From contig NC_047023.1 of NCBI RefSeq assembly GCF_902652985.1, forward strand, positions 33,480,001 to 33,544,000: a stretch of DNA of 64,000 nt. The letters run 5' to 3'. Position numbers and translations under genes: made by a program. The DNA comes from Pecten maximus (lineage: Eukaryota). The notes beneath the pieces are model-generated. The model was given only the letters and a program-made list of their open reading frames with translations, was not told the DNA's origin and made no database searches. Within the stretch, counting starts at the first letter, position 1; every line of letters begins with the position of its first letter. Shown one piece after another: positions 26,898 to 40,400 of this stretch.

Positions 26898-29179
26898 CTA
26901 AAATTTATCAAACACAATGAACCAGTATATAGAGATCTATAATAACTGAGCCAGAACTTGCACTAAAGAACTATGAAACGCCATCAGAAAATAGTTTTAA
27001 AATATAAGAACCTAGTGTAATAGCAGACAGCTCAGTCCATCCATCAAATATACAAAATATACATATATGTACACAAATATATTGACACAGTCAACACATC
27101 TTATTAAAACTGTGCCATTTAAATACACCCAGAAATTCACTATACTACAGAATCGACTTATTCACAGGGACTTTCCACAATTCCCAATCCACAGTCCATA
27201 CATTAATCTTTATATACACTTACATGTACATACCAAGTATGTATGGAGTGTGGGTTAAGAATTGTCCCTATGGTCTTATCTGATCCTCTAATAGTGCCAT
27301 CACACTATATGTATTTTTTAGGTGACAGATTTTGGCCCTTTAATTTTTTCTTCTCTTAGCAATCCTTTTCTCCTAAATATATGATAAAATGTTGTTTTTC
27401 CAAACAAATACATCATCATAACCATTTGTTTATAAATATGCATATAAAATGTTTATAAAATATATATCTTACAAAAACAAGCCATACAATAACAGTGATT
27501 TTCTCTAAAATTTATCTATAAACAAATAAAAACAATAACAGACTGAAATGGTAAAATTGTAAACTATTGACAAATGATTTCTGTATCAATTCTTTTAAAC
27601 TTTTTGCATGAAAAGCCAGACATTTGTTGATTTTCTAGTATATCTACATGTATTGAGAAAAATAGTATAAAATCTAAATGCTGAAGTAAAAAAAAAATAT
27701 TGCAAATATGGGAAACTTTGGTCTTTAATATCCTGCATCAATACTATCAATATTATGCTTTCACTTTCAAAGAAGATATAAATTAAGTTGTTAGTTAATA
27801 TGAACAGCATCAACCCTACTTTATCTACTAGGGTATAATAGTCCAAATTGAAGAAATCCACGACTGACACAAGTATATATTAACATGACTTCTAATACTA
27901 AAACTGATTCACTAATTCTACACTACTGCATGTCAAAAGGTTTATATATTATTATGTTTGGAACATTCAAAATTTTTCCTTAAGTAGGGAACAAAAAGAA
28001 AGATTGTAAGTTACAACCAATCATTCACTGCATTGAACAGGCACAAGAAACAATAAGTTATCACTGATAACTGCATTTTCGATAACAAACTTTAAAGTAC
28101 GTAAAACATTTAACAAAATTGTACAACCATTATAGAAAATATTTAACGGTTTCTCGTCAAATATTAAAAATAAATACCAATTCAAAAGTATGTCATAATA
28201 TCAATATCTCGGCAACTGTGAAAAGTACCAACATATTCATTCTGAGATATATAAAGAAGTTAAAGATATTTATTGATAATTCAATGACAAACCATTAAGT
28301 TTCCTTTTTATTCCATTATGATGTACATTATGATGTACTTGCTTCAACAAAAGAAAAAATGTTACTACATCAAAAGAGTTACAGAATTAATGACATATGC
28401 AAATGAATTCGAGAAAAAAAAACCAAACCAAAACCAAATACACTTAATTATATTAGGCCAAATAAGGTATGATTTGTGTTAGCCTGGCTAGTAAAGGATC
28501 AGTTGATGTAATTTAGATGTACATGAATTGGATACTATGTAGTATATGCTGATATGATACAGTGTAAACATGTTCTTAGAAGAATAAACACCGATATGCT
28601 GGACCAAAATGAGTTTCCATAAATATCCTCTTTGAAAGAAACTACCAAGGCCTTAGCAGGAACATGCATGCTGCCTGTATTATAAAATCCAACCGTCAGA
28701 GATAGCAGGAACATTCAGTCTGTATGACACTAAGAATCCAAAACTTTAGAGATAGCAGAAACATGCAGCCTGTATAACAGAATCAAAAACTTCAGAGCAA
28801 ATGTGTAATATTTCTTGTAATGGAGAACTTTTAAGAAAGAATGAATACAAATAGCTACAAAGAGATTTTCAATCTTGAGGCAGGAGAAAAGGAATGAATG
28901 CTGAATGTTCCAAATGTGAATGTACATATGGTATTTGGTGACTTAAAAGCGTAAACAAAGAAAATAAAATTATGTTAATAGCTACATGCACATTGTATAC
29001 CGATATGTTCATCTTCATATTGTGTGTGGAACCTGATTCATAACATACATACACGTCATGTAACAAATACCAAAGTAGTGTTCCTAAGACAGTAAACTGA
29101 GAATGGCCCAGTCAATGCTGAAAAGGGCCGGAACTCCAAGAAATAAGCAATGATGGGGTAATGGACTGCACAATATGTG

Positions 29180-29430
29180 CATCCCCATAGTGTGTCTAAA
29201 TATACAGTTAGTTTGGATAACATCCCCATAGTGTGTCTAAATATACAGTTAGTTTGGATAACATCCCCATAGTGTGTCTAAATATACAGTTAGTTTGGAT
29301 AACATATAATTTAAACCTTTGGAGAAATTACCATACTTTGGAGAAATTACCATACCTTTGGAGAAATTACCATACTTTGGAGAAATTACCATATCTTTGG
29401 AGAAATAATGACACTTTGGAAAAATTATCT
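29180..29430. repeat. 41-bp unit x3 followed by a 19/20-bp unit x~6
   Basis: catccccatagtgtgtctaaatatacagttagtttggataa x3; then ctttggagaaattaccata repeats. Confidence 0.9.
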
Positions 29431-32400
29431 TTAGAAGTGATTGGTATAGAGAGCTGGTGGACAGTAAAACAGAGTTAAACTATAAAGGGAGATAAGTGAG
29501 AGTTTACTCAGTAAAAAAAAATCAGAAACATATGATCGGAATATACATGAAAGACTTATTGTCCAGATATAGATATTTTCAGTTATTTTGTATGATGTCG
29601 AGGGAGCAAGTAACATGCAAAACAGCAATGTGGTTAATCTTCATGTGATATCTATCAGTAATCACACATACTTTGTATCTTGTAATCATTGGCATGAGAG
29701 GTAGTATTTATACACTTTGTATGTAATGGAGTGTCAAAATAATCTTATATTCCAACAAAATACTATTCATGTATTAAATTTATATCTTAGCACACAGCTT
29801 AATTGTTTTGTTATAGGGTTGTGAATCATTATTTTTTACACTGGCAAAATCTGTATAAATTGACATACAACAAACTAGAAAAGATTTACTTTAAATTTCT
29901 GAATGGAATGTTATACAATTCTGATTTTCTACTTAACTTTTTAATTTGTGTAAACTCCAAGTCTGAGGCTATAATCTGTATGAATCCTATAGCTATATAT
30001 ACAGGAGGTGAAAACACCATTGTATTGTGTTTAAATTTCATAAACATATCAATACTTTTTATTTCTCTACTTGATTAAATTAGTTAATGATTATATTAAA
30101 TGTCAATGTGAAGGAGAGCAATACTTCTAAAACAATATTTTCAAAACTGTTAGGATGCCAATAAATGTGTCAATCACTATGATATCAATATATGATACTC
30201 AACAACATGTCTATAAACAAAAACGGGAAAAAGCAAATGGCATCAATGCCATATAATATATCCAAGTACAGATCTTGCTTTTCGGGTGATAATACTTAAC
30301 TGATAGTAACGGGCATCACAAAATGTATAATATAAATCAACTGATACCCAAGTACTGTACAGTGTACATGTATCCTGCTGGAATTGGCCTAGCTATAAAT
30401 AGAAAACAAAGTGAAATACACCGATAATATTTAGAAATGGTCATATATATATTCTACATTGATCAACCTAGATACAATATCCTGTAGTACAGACCTGTAA
30501 CTGCGGAGAAAAAAATCCTATAAATAAAAAGAACAGAATTTTGTCTCAAATCAAAATTCTTGTTCAAGTTGGATGGTGTCGGCTGATGCAATACAAACCA
30601 CCTATCTAAAAGCTCTGTGCATCTGTCATCTACATATAAATCATTTTTAAAAATCACAAATGTACGAAATAGCTGATGTTATAAAGAGGGTTTCTTTTTA
30701 ATCTTCCTTGACTAGTTCACAGTTTGAAGTAAGGCTTATTGATTGATGAACTATATACTGCAGTTGTATATTGTTGAAAGATTTTCTCATTGCTTGCCTC
30801 TGGAATCCACTAGAAAGTGTTTAGTCAAATATTTCAAAAGACTGACCCCAGGGCTTATTGCAGGATAAACATTATTATAAGGTACCAGTTAACATTTTTC
30901 AAAATATAAAGAACATTACAAATTTACAGAGAAATCTATTATATCGGTCACAAGACTTGAGCTCTAGAATCAGAATCATGTCAAAATACAGGTGATCTGA
31001 TCTATGCCTATAGCTATGGCATATAAAATTTTTTCAGAGTTTTTTGCTTGGTACATGATTACCATGTTTTTGTTAACAAATTTTGAAAGCATGTATTATT
31101 GTTGGTCAAGATTTTGTCATTCACTACCGAGCTGTAAACACTTACTATGACTGAAAATGTTGTGAATCTTCATGGAGACAAATCAATTCAGTGGTATATA
31201 GATAGATATATATGAAACAATCAATCTCTATCTAAATTTGCTACAAATCTTCATGAAGCATGACGATTGACCAAGTAGGTGCCTTATCTACATAAATATA
31301 AATTTAGATTAACAATACATTTTTTTTTTCATGTGAAAAGCCAAGTCCAAAAATAGCTTATTAAAGGTAATGAATCAAATGAATATAATTCAATGGTAAT
31401 TGACAACAATGACAGAAATAGCTACATTAAACATAATTAATCTAACTTGACTTATTTGACCAAATAAAATTTCAAATTCAGTCGGTAGCATCTAAAAAAT
31501 GTAAAACCTAACTATGTATGATGTAGATAATATAATATCTGCATACATATATACAGTCATTGTTGAAACTGATATAGACTGTCTGTATCTTCTCTATGGC
31601 CACATACTAAGTGTGTTATTTTCCCATATGAAAAAAGTCACAAATAATATTTCTCTAATATTTATGAAAATACATTGTATTAATATATTCCACTTTGTTT
31701 TTAAAATAAGGTCTACTAAACAATTATGATTTGGTAATTGTAACATATAAAGGACAAAAAAGATAAACCATTAATGCATATTAATTCAACAAGGCAGATT
31801 ATTTCTATTGTAAGCAGTCCATAACCGTTGACATCTAGCCACACTTTGGTATAACATATATCAACAAAGGGCCACAACTCTGTATAGTGGAACAATTTCA
31901 GAATCAATACAATATTTTACCAAATCATGATCAGTGCTCTGTGCCCTGCAAGGGCACAATACCTTTTCTTCTGGTAAAAAAAAGATGAAAATATTTAAAC
32001 GTAAAGATAAAATGCTTTAACTCTCTAATCAGCCAATAAAATCTTTCTGTATGAAATGAACATGACAAGATACATTGTACTACAAATCTCCATCATATTA
32101 ATAACCATCACTCTCATTAATTGAACAAGAAAATTTTCCGTGATCAGTGTATTTAAGTCTTATTGTTGGAATTACTCAAAGCCTTTTGGGGTTTATTTCT
32201 GTTAACAATGTGTTTATTTGACCAAATAGGGTAAATTCTTAGTATCATTACACATAAAGACCTAGGTCTATCCTTGAAATTGGACTATTCCAATTACCAG
32301 CTATATATACACGATACAAAATGATGTCCAGATAAAGTGACAAATGCTAACTCTGTATCGAGTTGGGTATCAGACCAAAATGTAGTAATTAGTAATTCGG

Positions 32401-32643
32401 TAAATGCTACATTTACTTAAACCAAGAGGTAATATATGTGTAAAATTTGGCAGCTATATTAGACCAGATACACTAAAGATAAAATGATATACCAGGGTAT
32501 ATAATTATAGATTGCCAAATATATATATACATGTATATAGAGTTCCAACAGTAAAAGCAAGAGATAAATTGATTTCTGTTTTTACTTCCCTTACAGGTAC
32601 CTAAGTTTAGATTAAATACAAATTAAATCTATTTTCACAATAT

Positions 32644-34101
32644 TTAAGAAAATGTACTGCTCCTTGGTTTTCCACGCCCAAGATGAAATCCAAGGGTCCC
32701 ATCAGGACCTTTGGGTTGTCGCATCACACCTTCCATATCCAGCATGTGGTGTCTCCCATTTGGACTGCGTCCAGGAGTTGTTTGATTGGCTAGTGGACTG
32801 ATTTCCTGAGCAGCCTTGAGCCTCCGTTGTACCCAAGGACTAGAAGGGGTACTATCTCCCCCAGAGGAGTAATCATAAGTCTTTCTACTCATTTCTGGAC
32901 TGCTTCTTGGACTATTCCTTGGACTGTTGCCAGGACTTCCGTGTGTCAGTGGGGATTTAGTATGCTGATTTCTGCGGCGGGACCGAGGGCTGGTCAATGG
33001 ACTAGATCTTGGACTAGAACGGGGTGAGTTTGATGGGCTTAGTTTATTGGGGTCCAAATGATTTGGACTGAGCGATTTTTGATGGTGAGCGATAGAATGC
33101 TTTGAAGGAGTAGGAGTATCAGCCTCAGACCCACTACTGGCATAAGACGAGTCATTCTCACGTGCAAGTTCATCAACTCTGTTTTTCTTCCTTCTTTCCC
33201 TCCTTTTCTTTTTCTTTTCATGATTTTCCTCTCCGTCATCACCATCGTTTTCTTCATTTCCATCCTTATCCTTCTTTTTTTCTTTCCTTTTTTGAGGAGC
33301 AAGAAGCATGACTCGCATACCTTTTCTCCAATCCTCAGTATCTGTCATTGTATCACAGGCAAGTTTAGCAGACTCATGCTTTTCGAATTCTACAACACAA
33401 CAGATAGTGGTACCAATTTCAGTGTGTTTAGCAGCATATTTTTTTACATCCTGTGGTATACTCTTGCCAGGACGCAGGATACGAATCAATGAAACCTCAC
33501 CACACTTTGAAAAAAGTTCAGCTACATTTTCAATTGACGGTGTCTCCATAGGGAGATTAACCGCAACAACAGAACGTGATGGTGTTGTTTCGTCATATTC
33601 AGGCAGTGGATCTGTCCGTCTCACCTTCTTGCCTTCTTCATTCACTTCAAGATGATCAGAATTTCTCAAACTGTAGGCTACAGCTCTGTAATCTTTTGTT
33701 AAAGACTTCACTTTCTTAAAAGAAGTAATAAGTTTTATGCTTACATACCCCTGCCTATTTCTCCGAACGTGTTTTAACAAAAACGCGTCCTTCAATATGT
33801 TGACATCAGAGAAATAGAATTCAACCTGTTTGATTATCTTGTCACGCAATTCGTCGGTAGGAGGATGAAACTCCGGTTCGGGAGACTTATCCCTGTCACC
33901 GTCACCCTCCTCTTCGCTCGTGTACACTGAGCTCGTGCCGTCTTCATCTTTGATTTGCTCTACACGAAGAAACGGGGCCACAAGGGACGGAGAGGCGGCC
34001 ACGTTGTTTACCTCTTCTACCGTCTGTTCAGGTGGACTACCGTCGTCAGCCGGTACTTCATGAATGACAGGGACGTTTTCGTTCACAACAGACTCACTCA
34101 T
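32644..34101 (-). CDS. LARP6: La-related protein 6 (Acheron), 485 aa, uninterrupted CDS
   Basis: La motif (KIIKQVEFYFSDVNILKDAFLLKHVRRNRQGYVSIKLITSFKKVK), adjacent RRM (SVVAVNLP...CGEVSLIRILRPGK...VVEFE), basic NLS-like tract, SP-rich region, SPWVQRR motif and C-terminal LSA/SUZ-C motif (VMRQPKGPDGTLGF). Confidence 0.95.
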   Translation of the reverse strand: MSESVVNENVPVIHEVPADDGSPPEQTVEEVNNVAASPSLVAPFLRVEQIKDEDGTSSVYTSEEEGDGDRDKSPEPEFHPPTDELRDKIIKQVEFYFSDVNILKDAFLLKHVRRNRQGYVSIKLITSFKKVKSLTKDYRAVAYSLRNSDHLEVNEEGKKVRRTDPLPEYDETTPSRSVVAVNLPMETPSIENVAELFSKCGEVSLIRILRPGKSIPQDVKKYAAKHTEIGTTICCVVEFEKHESAKLACDTMTDTEDWRKGMRVMLLAPQKRKEKKKDKDGNEENDGDDGEENHEKKKKRRERRKKNRVDELARENDSSYASSGSEADTPTPSKHSIAHHQKSLSPNHLDPNKLSPSNSPRSSPRSSPLTSPRSRRRNQHTKSPLTHGSPGNSPRNSPRSSPEMSRKTYDYSSGGDSTPSSPWVQRRLKAAQEISPLANQTTPGRSPNGRHHMLDMEGVMRQPKGPDGTLGFHLGRGKPRSSTFS

Positions 34102-34238
34102 TGTCTCCAGGTATAATTATTGTACCTGTAACTTGTCCAAAACAAACAGCTTTCAGTCTATAAGGCAGTAAAATTGTAAGGAATCCCCCACAAAACTGCG
34201 TGCCTTCTTGACTTGCTGCCGTGTGTACGTCCTTGTGA

Positions 34239-34274
34239 TGACGTCAAGTTTTATTTCAATTTCCGTTTCCGGAA
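34239..34274. promoter_or_regulatory. Candidate LARP6 proximal promoter: palindromic CRE and TTCCGGAA ETS-like site
   Basis: TGACGTCA at 34239-34246 and TTCCGGAA at 34267-34274, 140-170 bp upstream of the ATG in a CpG-retaining patch. Confidence 0.4.
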
Positions 34275-35173
34275 TGTTGTAAGGGGTCATCTCAACCTTT
34301 AATCTTCGATGTTACCGCCCTTCATTCTGTGCGGTTATCACTGAAAAACAGTGGGATGTAGCCAAAGTTTAAAATGCATATAATTTATATTAAAACAAGT
34401 TGGCGCGTACAAATACTGCATGCAATTCCATGCGTTACATTTAGGACAGACTCGATAAAATGGTTAAGAGCAGTAAATCTAGATTAGAATCTGGGCATGG
34501 GTAATTTATTTTTTATTCCTTTTTTTTTTTTAATTTTTCGTTTAAGAATTATTCCGGTTTTCAAATTTAAGATACGGAATCTGGCTTTTATAGGACCAAA
34601 ATTGAAAGTAACAAAGAATATATTCTGTAAACTAATGTGCGAAAATGTAGCTAAAGCCAGCAGTACTAGAGGTTCAGTTGATAACAGCTGTTTCATATTG
34701 TTTAATTGTTTGTTCTTGGTGGGTTTTTTTCCTCCCCCCGGGATATTCTATGGTTAATTGTGTTTGTATATTTGATATACGTATGGTAAATAATGTTATT
34801 ATAACTTCATTCTAATGCGTCCAACGAATAACTTTAATTAACATTATTTCATCTGTTTTGTTTAAAATTCACAAACAATATAATTGAATAACCTTATAAT
34901 CACAATTACAAGTTAAGACACTTTTAATATATATGTAATGCTCTATTTTATAGCCATACCTCTGTATTTTCCGCGTCCATCATTTATTGTTAACTTATAT
35001 CTTTTCTAAGATTTTACCAGAGACTTGTATATACGTCTTGATTTTATCAACCGAATAAAGTCATTACAATGATGAATATGATAATGAATTCAAAATGAAA
35101 TAGGCGTTATGGCAAAACAAACTGGTGCACAACAATATGATAATGACATGTAGGAAGTAATCAGTGTGGGAAC

Positions 35174-35694
35174 AGTTCATACGGGTAATATGATTAATTA
35201 TGTTCACAAAGGTAACATGATTAATAATGTTCACAAAGGTAACATGATTAATAATGTTCACAAAGGTAACATGATTAATAATGTTCATACAGGTAACATG
35301 ATTAATAATGTTCACTAAGGTAACATGATTAGTAATGTTTACAAAGGTAATATGATTAATAATGTTCACAAAGGTAACATGATTAATAATGTTCATACAG
35401 GTAACATGATTGATAGTGTTCATACAGGTAACATGATTAATAATGTTTACAATGGTAATATGATTAATAATGTTCACAAAGGTAATATGATTAATAATGT
35501 TCATACAGGTAATATGATTAATAATGTTCACAAAAGTAACATGATTAATAATGTTCACAAAGGTAACATGATTAATAATGTTCACAAAGGTAACATGATT
35601 AATAATGTTCATACAGGTAACATGATTAATAATGTTCACAAAGGTAACATGATTAATAATGTTCACAAAGGTAACATGATTAATAATGTTCACA
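35174..35694. repeat. 27-bp minisatellite, ~19 copies
   Basis: Unit atgattaataatgttcacaaaggtaac; explains the NIINHVTFV and NMINNVHKG ORFs. Confidence 0.95.
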
Positions 35695-37448
35695 ATGAAA
35701 GGGAGTGTCTCGCTAGATCATACACAGTTGTACACGTATTTAAACCATTCAAAGTACATGTATACCATTAGCATTTTTGAAATACGATTGACTGATAACA
35801 GACGAAATTTTGTTAGCTCGGTGTTCGTATGCATGTTTGTCTGGCTAATAGGTACTTGCTCATTACCATTTATCTGTTTTCTTTTTGCTTTAGATATTTG
35901 TGTATCTATCTACTTATTTATTTATGTATGTACTTACTGTTAGTACTTACTTACTTTTTTACTTACTCATGCATATCCCCCCCCCCCCCCTTTTTTTTTA
36001 TTTATCTCTTTCCTGCATTGAAAATTCTTGATAATGTTAATGAAATCTTTGAAGATGCTAATATCAACCAAATATCAATGTACCTTCTATTTAATTGAGA
36101 ATGTGTGAGTGTCTGAAAGATGTTTATCTGTCATTTACGTTTATCATGCTAAAGTTTGAAAATAAAATAATTAGTCATGTATTCAGCTCATTTTTTGTCA
36201 CCTATCAGTTGAACTGTGGAATGATTTTAATTGTGAGTGTCAATATACACTAAACATAATTTCACATGTATTGACACCGTAATTATTCCCGCATATCTTC
36301 GCACAACCACATGGTAAAACTATATGGGTATACGTCGTCATACATTTTCCCGCACTTATGCCATAATTCCATTTTTCTGGGTATCTTTGAGATACGCTCA
36401 ATTTCATATATACTTTGTATGGCAGTCTCTGTGTTGGGTAAATTTTATTAACGATTTCCACACCATGTGAGGAGCCAAATTATCCTGAATCAATGTAACA
36501 TCTGCAGAAATCACGGTCACCACTCATTCTCTCATTTCATTTTTTTTTCATTACTATGTTTTTAAAAAAAATGTTCATTATGCTTTACTCTCGCTTTTCA
36601 TTTACCTATCACTGGAAATACTTCATTTGATAATCATTCTCGTACTAATTTGTATATTACTTTCAAATAATAGTTAATTCGTAAAATCCATTATTATTTT
36701 ATACAAGATGCTCCCTATATTTGCCATAAAAGCACGGGTAAAAATATAAGACATGATAGACAGTTTTATATAGGCTATGTAATCTTATAAAACAATATAC
36801 ATGACTTCTAAAAAAAACTATAACTATCCCGAGAGGTTAAAAGTTGGCATATCTGTACGAGTTCTTCTATAAAATCCTCAAATTGATTTTGAAATAAACT
36901 GTTCTTATTTGAGAAAGTATATGATAAGACTGCACATGAAGCTATGATCTGGTTATGTTTCCTATTTTCATATGCATGTACATGTGGTATTGTTTAGTAT
37001 TTTGACATTTGTAATTATATACAGATTATAAACAATATGTACTAGCATTGTTGGAATCGGTTAAAACATCTGCTGTAGGTAAGTCTGTGGTTTTAGTATA
37101 CAAATGTCACTAATTCAGAGATCACGAACGTAGATATTCAAATTATTTTGTTAAAATATGTCACATAATTATGTATGTTACTTCACTGTAGAATAGAGAT
37201 TTCATAAAAAAGGGGGGTTTTGAGACCTTCCCTTATTTAATATAATAACGAGGGAGTTACCTCCCATGTTAAGAAATGAAACGCTATGGATTTATTCTGA
37301 TAATTTATGTAATCTTCTAAATTTCTTTGTTACTTGCAGCTATTATGAAAAAAATATATCTATTTCAGACTGTTTTTAATTACTATATATTCTAGTGTAT
37401 TAAACTGATACAAATAGGAATTCTTCTCTAGTACATCACGTAAGCAAT

Positions 37449-40400
37449 ATGGCTGACGACCAACTGGACCAGCTTGAGAATCGCATAACTTTACTTGAAA
37501 GTCTGGTATTTGGGAGTTCCGATAAAGATGCCCTTTACCCGAAGGTGTTTAAAGATAACATTCATCACTAGAATATTGTTTCCATACAGATATTTTTTTC
37601 CTTTTGCACTCGTGTAAATTATGACGATCATTTGTTGACATTGGTTGGTATAATTGGATAACTGAAAAATATTACTGATTATTGATATGGGAAAACCCCC
37701 TTCCTGCCTCAATCACCAAATAGTCCATGACTGGAACCAAATAATACTTAAAATTAATTTCTATGACTGCTTATTGATTAAAAAGTTTAACTAGCGGAAG
37801 TTTATATTGCATGCAGTCACGAAATCTTTATAAATTTATTAAATGTGGTATTCTTTTGAAGGCAGATCTAGACAAAAAGTAGCTAGAGTTTCCTTTGGCC
37901 CTGACACCAGACTTGGACATTCTGACAGCTAAATGTCTGATGTAGCTAGGCATGGTGGCAGGGCCATAGGAAAATCGGAGTAGAAACATGCAAATATTGG
38001 CCAAGTTATAGATGTTTAGAAGGAGGCAGTTCCTGTTGGATATTTATGCTATATATATATATATCATTCAAGGGAAAAAATTAAGACATATATACAGGAA
38101 AACCAATGTGGCTTTTACATGCCTTTTAATTTTGATGCATCCCTCTTCAAACTGGACTGGATATATGTAGTCCTAGGATATTTGTCACCATTAATTATAT
38201 GACTGAATTAATGCATATATGCAAACTTCAATTTTAATGTGGTTCAACATCACAAAACAAGTAGATAATGTTTAGGTTTGGAGGATTATAACCTGTAGAA
38301 AATAATTGAAAAAAACATGGTTTTATTGGTTACTTTTTCAGGAACATAATTATATTCTCATTAGGAATTAACCATTTATATTAACTGAACTTGAAGATTT
38401 GGCCAACATATATAGCATGAACCAGTATACATGTGTACCATATATGCTCATACTTTTATTAGACTTATTCAAGTGACATATATGGTCTCTACAGATTTAG
38501 CTTGACAGAAATTTTTGACCATCCAATCCTTCTGAAATTATTTTTGACCATTCATGATCAGTCCTCCTGAAATTAATTTTTATATATTTGAAAATTGCAG
38601 TACATATCCTTTCTTCCAACCAGTGACAACAAGGCAATGTGCATGCATCAACTTACTAAAGTAGACATACTCAGTTAAAATTTGTCCCTACAAAAGTTAA
38701 ACTATGGTCACCTAATGACTGCAAGTTTTGTTTTTAAAATATAAATACATGTGTATAAGCATTAAACTGTTTTCAGATGGTGATTATAAATTATGGAATA
38801 ACTGCATGGTTATAAAATAGACTGTTTGTTTTCATGAGATTTATGCTGTTGAATTGGTATCAATTCATGATGAATTATTTGTTATCAATGAAAATGAGAT
38901 TATTTAATCTTCATCACAAATGGGTATGAATGAAGAAATTAAAGGTAGATAACAGGTATTTTAGCTGCTGAATTTCATCAGTTAACTGCTTTGTATCTAT
39001 CTGTAGAGCAGACATAGCTTGATCTGTTTAAGAGGGATTTCTCCCTCACATTTTATGCTTACAACAATTGCCATCTGAATGCTGTTAATTGCTTAAACAA
39101 AAAAAAAATGTATCGAATGCTTTTGGTATTGTGTTGATTTTGTGAAATTTTGAATTTATTTGACCCTGCATCGAGCATTGCATGTATATGATTGACAGCA
39201 TTAGATATATATATGTGTGTTTTCCTGAAGTGTAATATATCCTACAAATTACTAGGTACATGTACATTGTTTATCTACATGTGTTGATTATACTTTAAGT
39301 TGATTTTGTTGCATAAAAACTAATATGTTGTTTTGTATTTTTGATGTTTCTGAAAACAGGGTTGCAAGCAAAGAGAAGAGGTAACAATAATTTTAGGACA
39401 CTTACACGAAGTGTAGACACAAACAGCAGCACAGCACTAACAAATTCAGTGTCCAGTACTTCACATTCAAAATTAATCACAACAAATCAAAGACTTGATC
39501 ATGAGTAATTATATAATACCAATACATATTTAATGCCCACGGGCATGGTGTGCTTGGGCAATCTGATTAAAATAAAGATCATCATTAATATATTAAACAC
39601 TATGTTATGAAAATCTGGTTGGCATTGGCTGGTACTTAAGGGGTCCTTAACAGATGATCTTTCAATCAACCAATCATAACTCAAATGGCAAAATTTTGTC
39701 AAGAGTCTACAAGCTTCCCCTGTGCAACTTCATGGTTGGTCCTTATATTTTTTAAATAGATAATATCGGAGAGTTCCGAATGTCAACCAAATGTCATCCA
39801 AAACAATGTATTTGGTGAAAAAACTATGCATAGTTTGTGGATTTTCCATTGTTGTAACGAAACAATACATTGAAAGAAAAAGCAAAACAACAGATAGATC
39901 AGAGGCTAAACTGCTTCCATATACGTAGTCTGCTCAATTTGTACATACCACTGACAAACAGACATACAGTGTATATGAGACGCTTTTTGATGATCTGTAT
40001 GTTGATCAGATTGTTCTTGGCATATATATGTTCCTTTGTGACATATCTCACTTGTCGCTGCAACTTCATACTCTGGACATAATGCTCTCCTATAGGTGAT
40101 GAGGCGATGTGTCATGTATAAAAAGTAGGTCACTGATGATGCATGACCTTCATTTTGACTTTTGATCTTTGACTTACATCAGGTAGGGGACTGTAATTGC
40201 CTTGTTTTAGCAGTTTTACAAATCACTTTCAGATATTTTAAAAACAAAATATGAATTGCAATTTTTAATGTATACTGGACACTGAATCTTACTACTTATC
40301 CTGTGCAGAGGGCACTTAGACACATAGTGACAACAGCAATACCTTATACACTAGTACAAAACTGAATTTATAATCCAGATGATACCTCTGCTAATGATTG

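Noticed and set aside
32827-33655. Antisense and alternative-frame ORFs over LARP6
   Set aside because: Shadow ORFs of the real CDS.
35064-35771. 209-aa and 148-aa ORFs
   Set aside because: Products of the 27-bp minisatellite.
39906-40133. Cys/His-rich ORF resembling a zinc finger in DCTN3 intron 1
   Set aside because: Cys/His spacing does not fit C2H2 or another recognised finger; no supporting exons.
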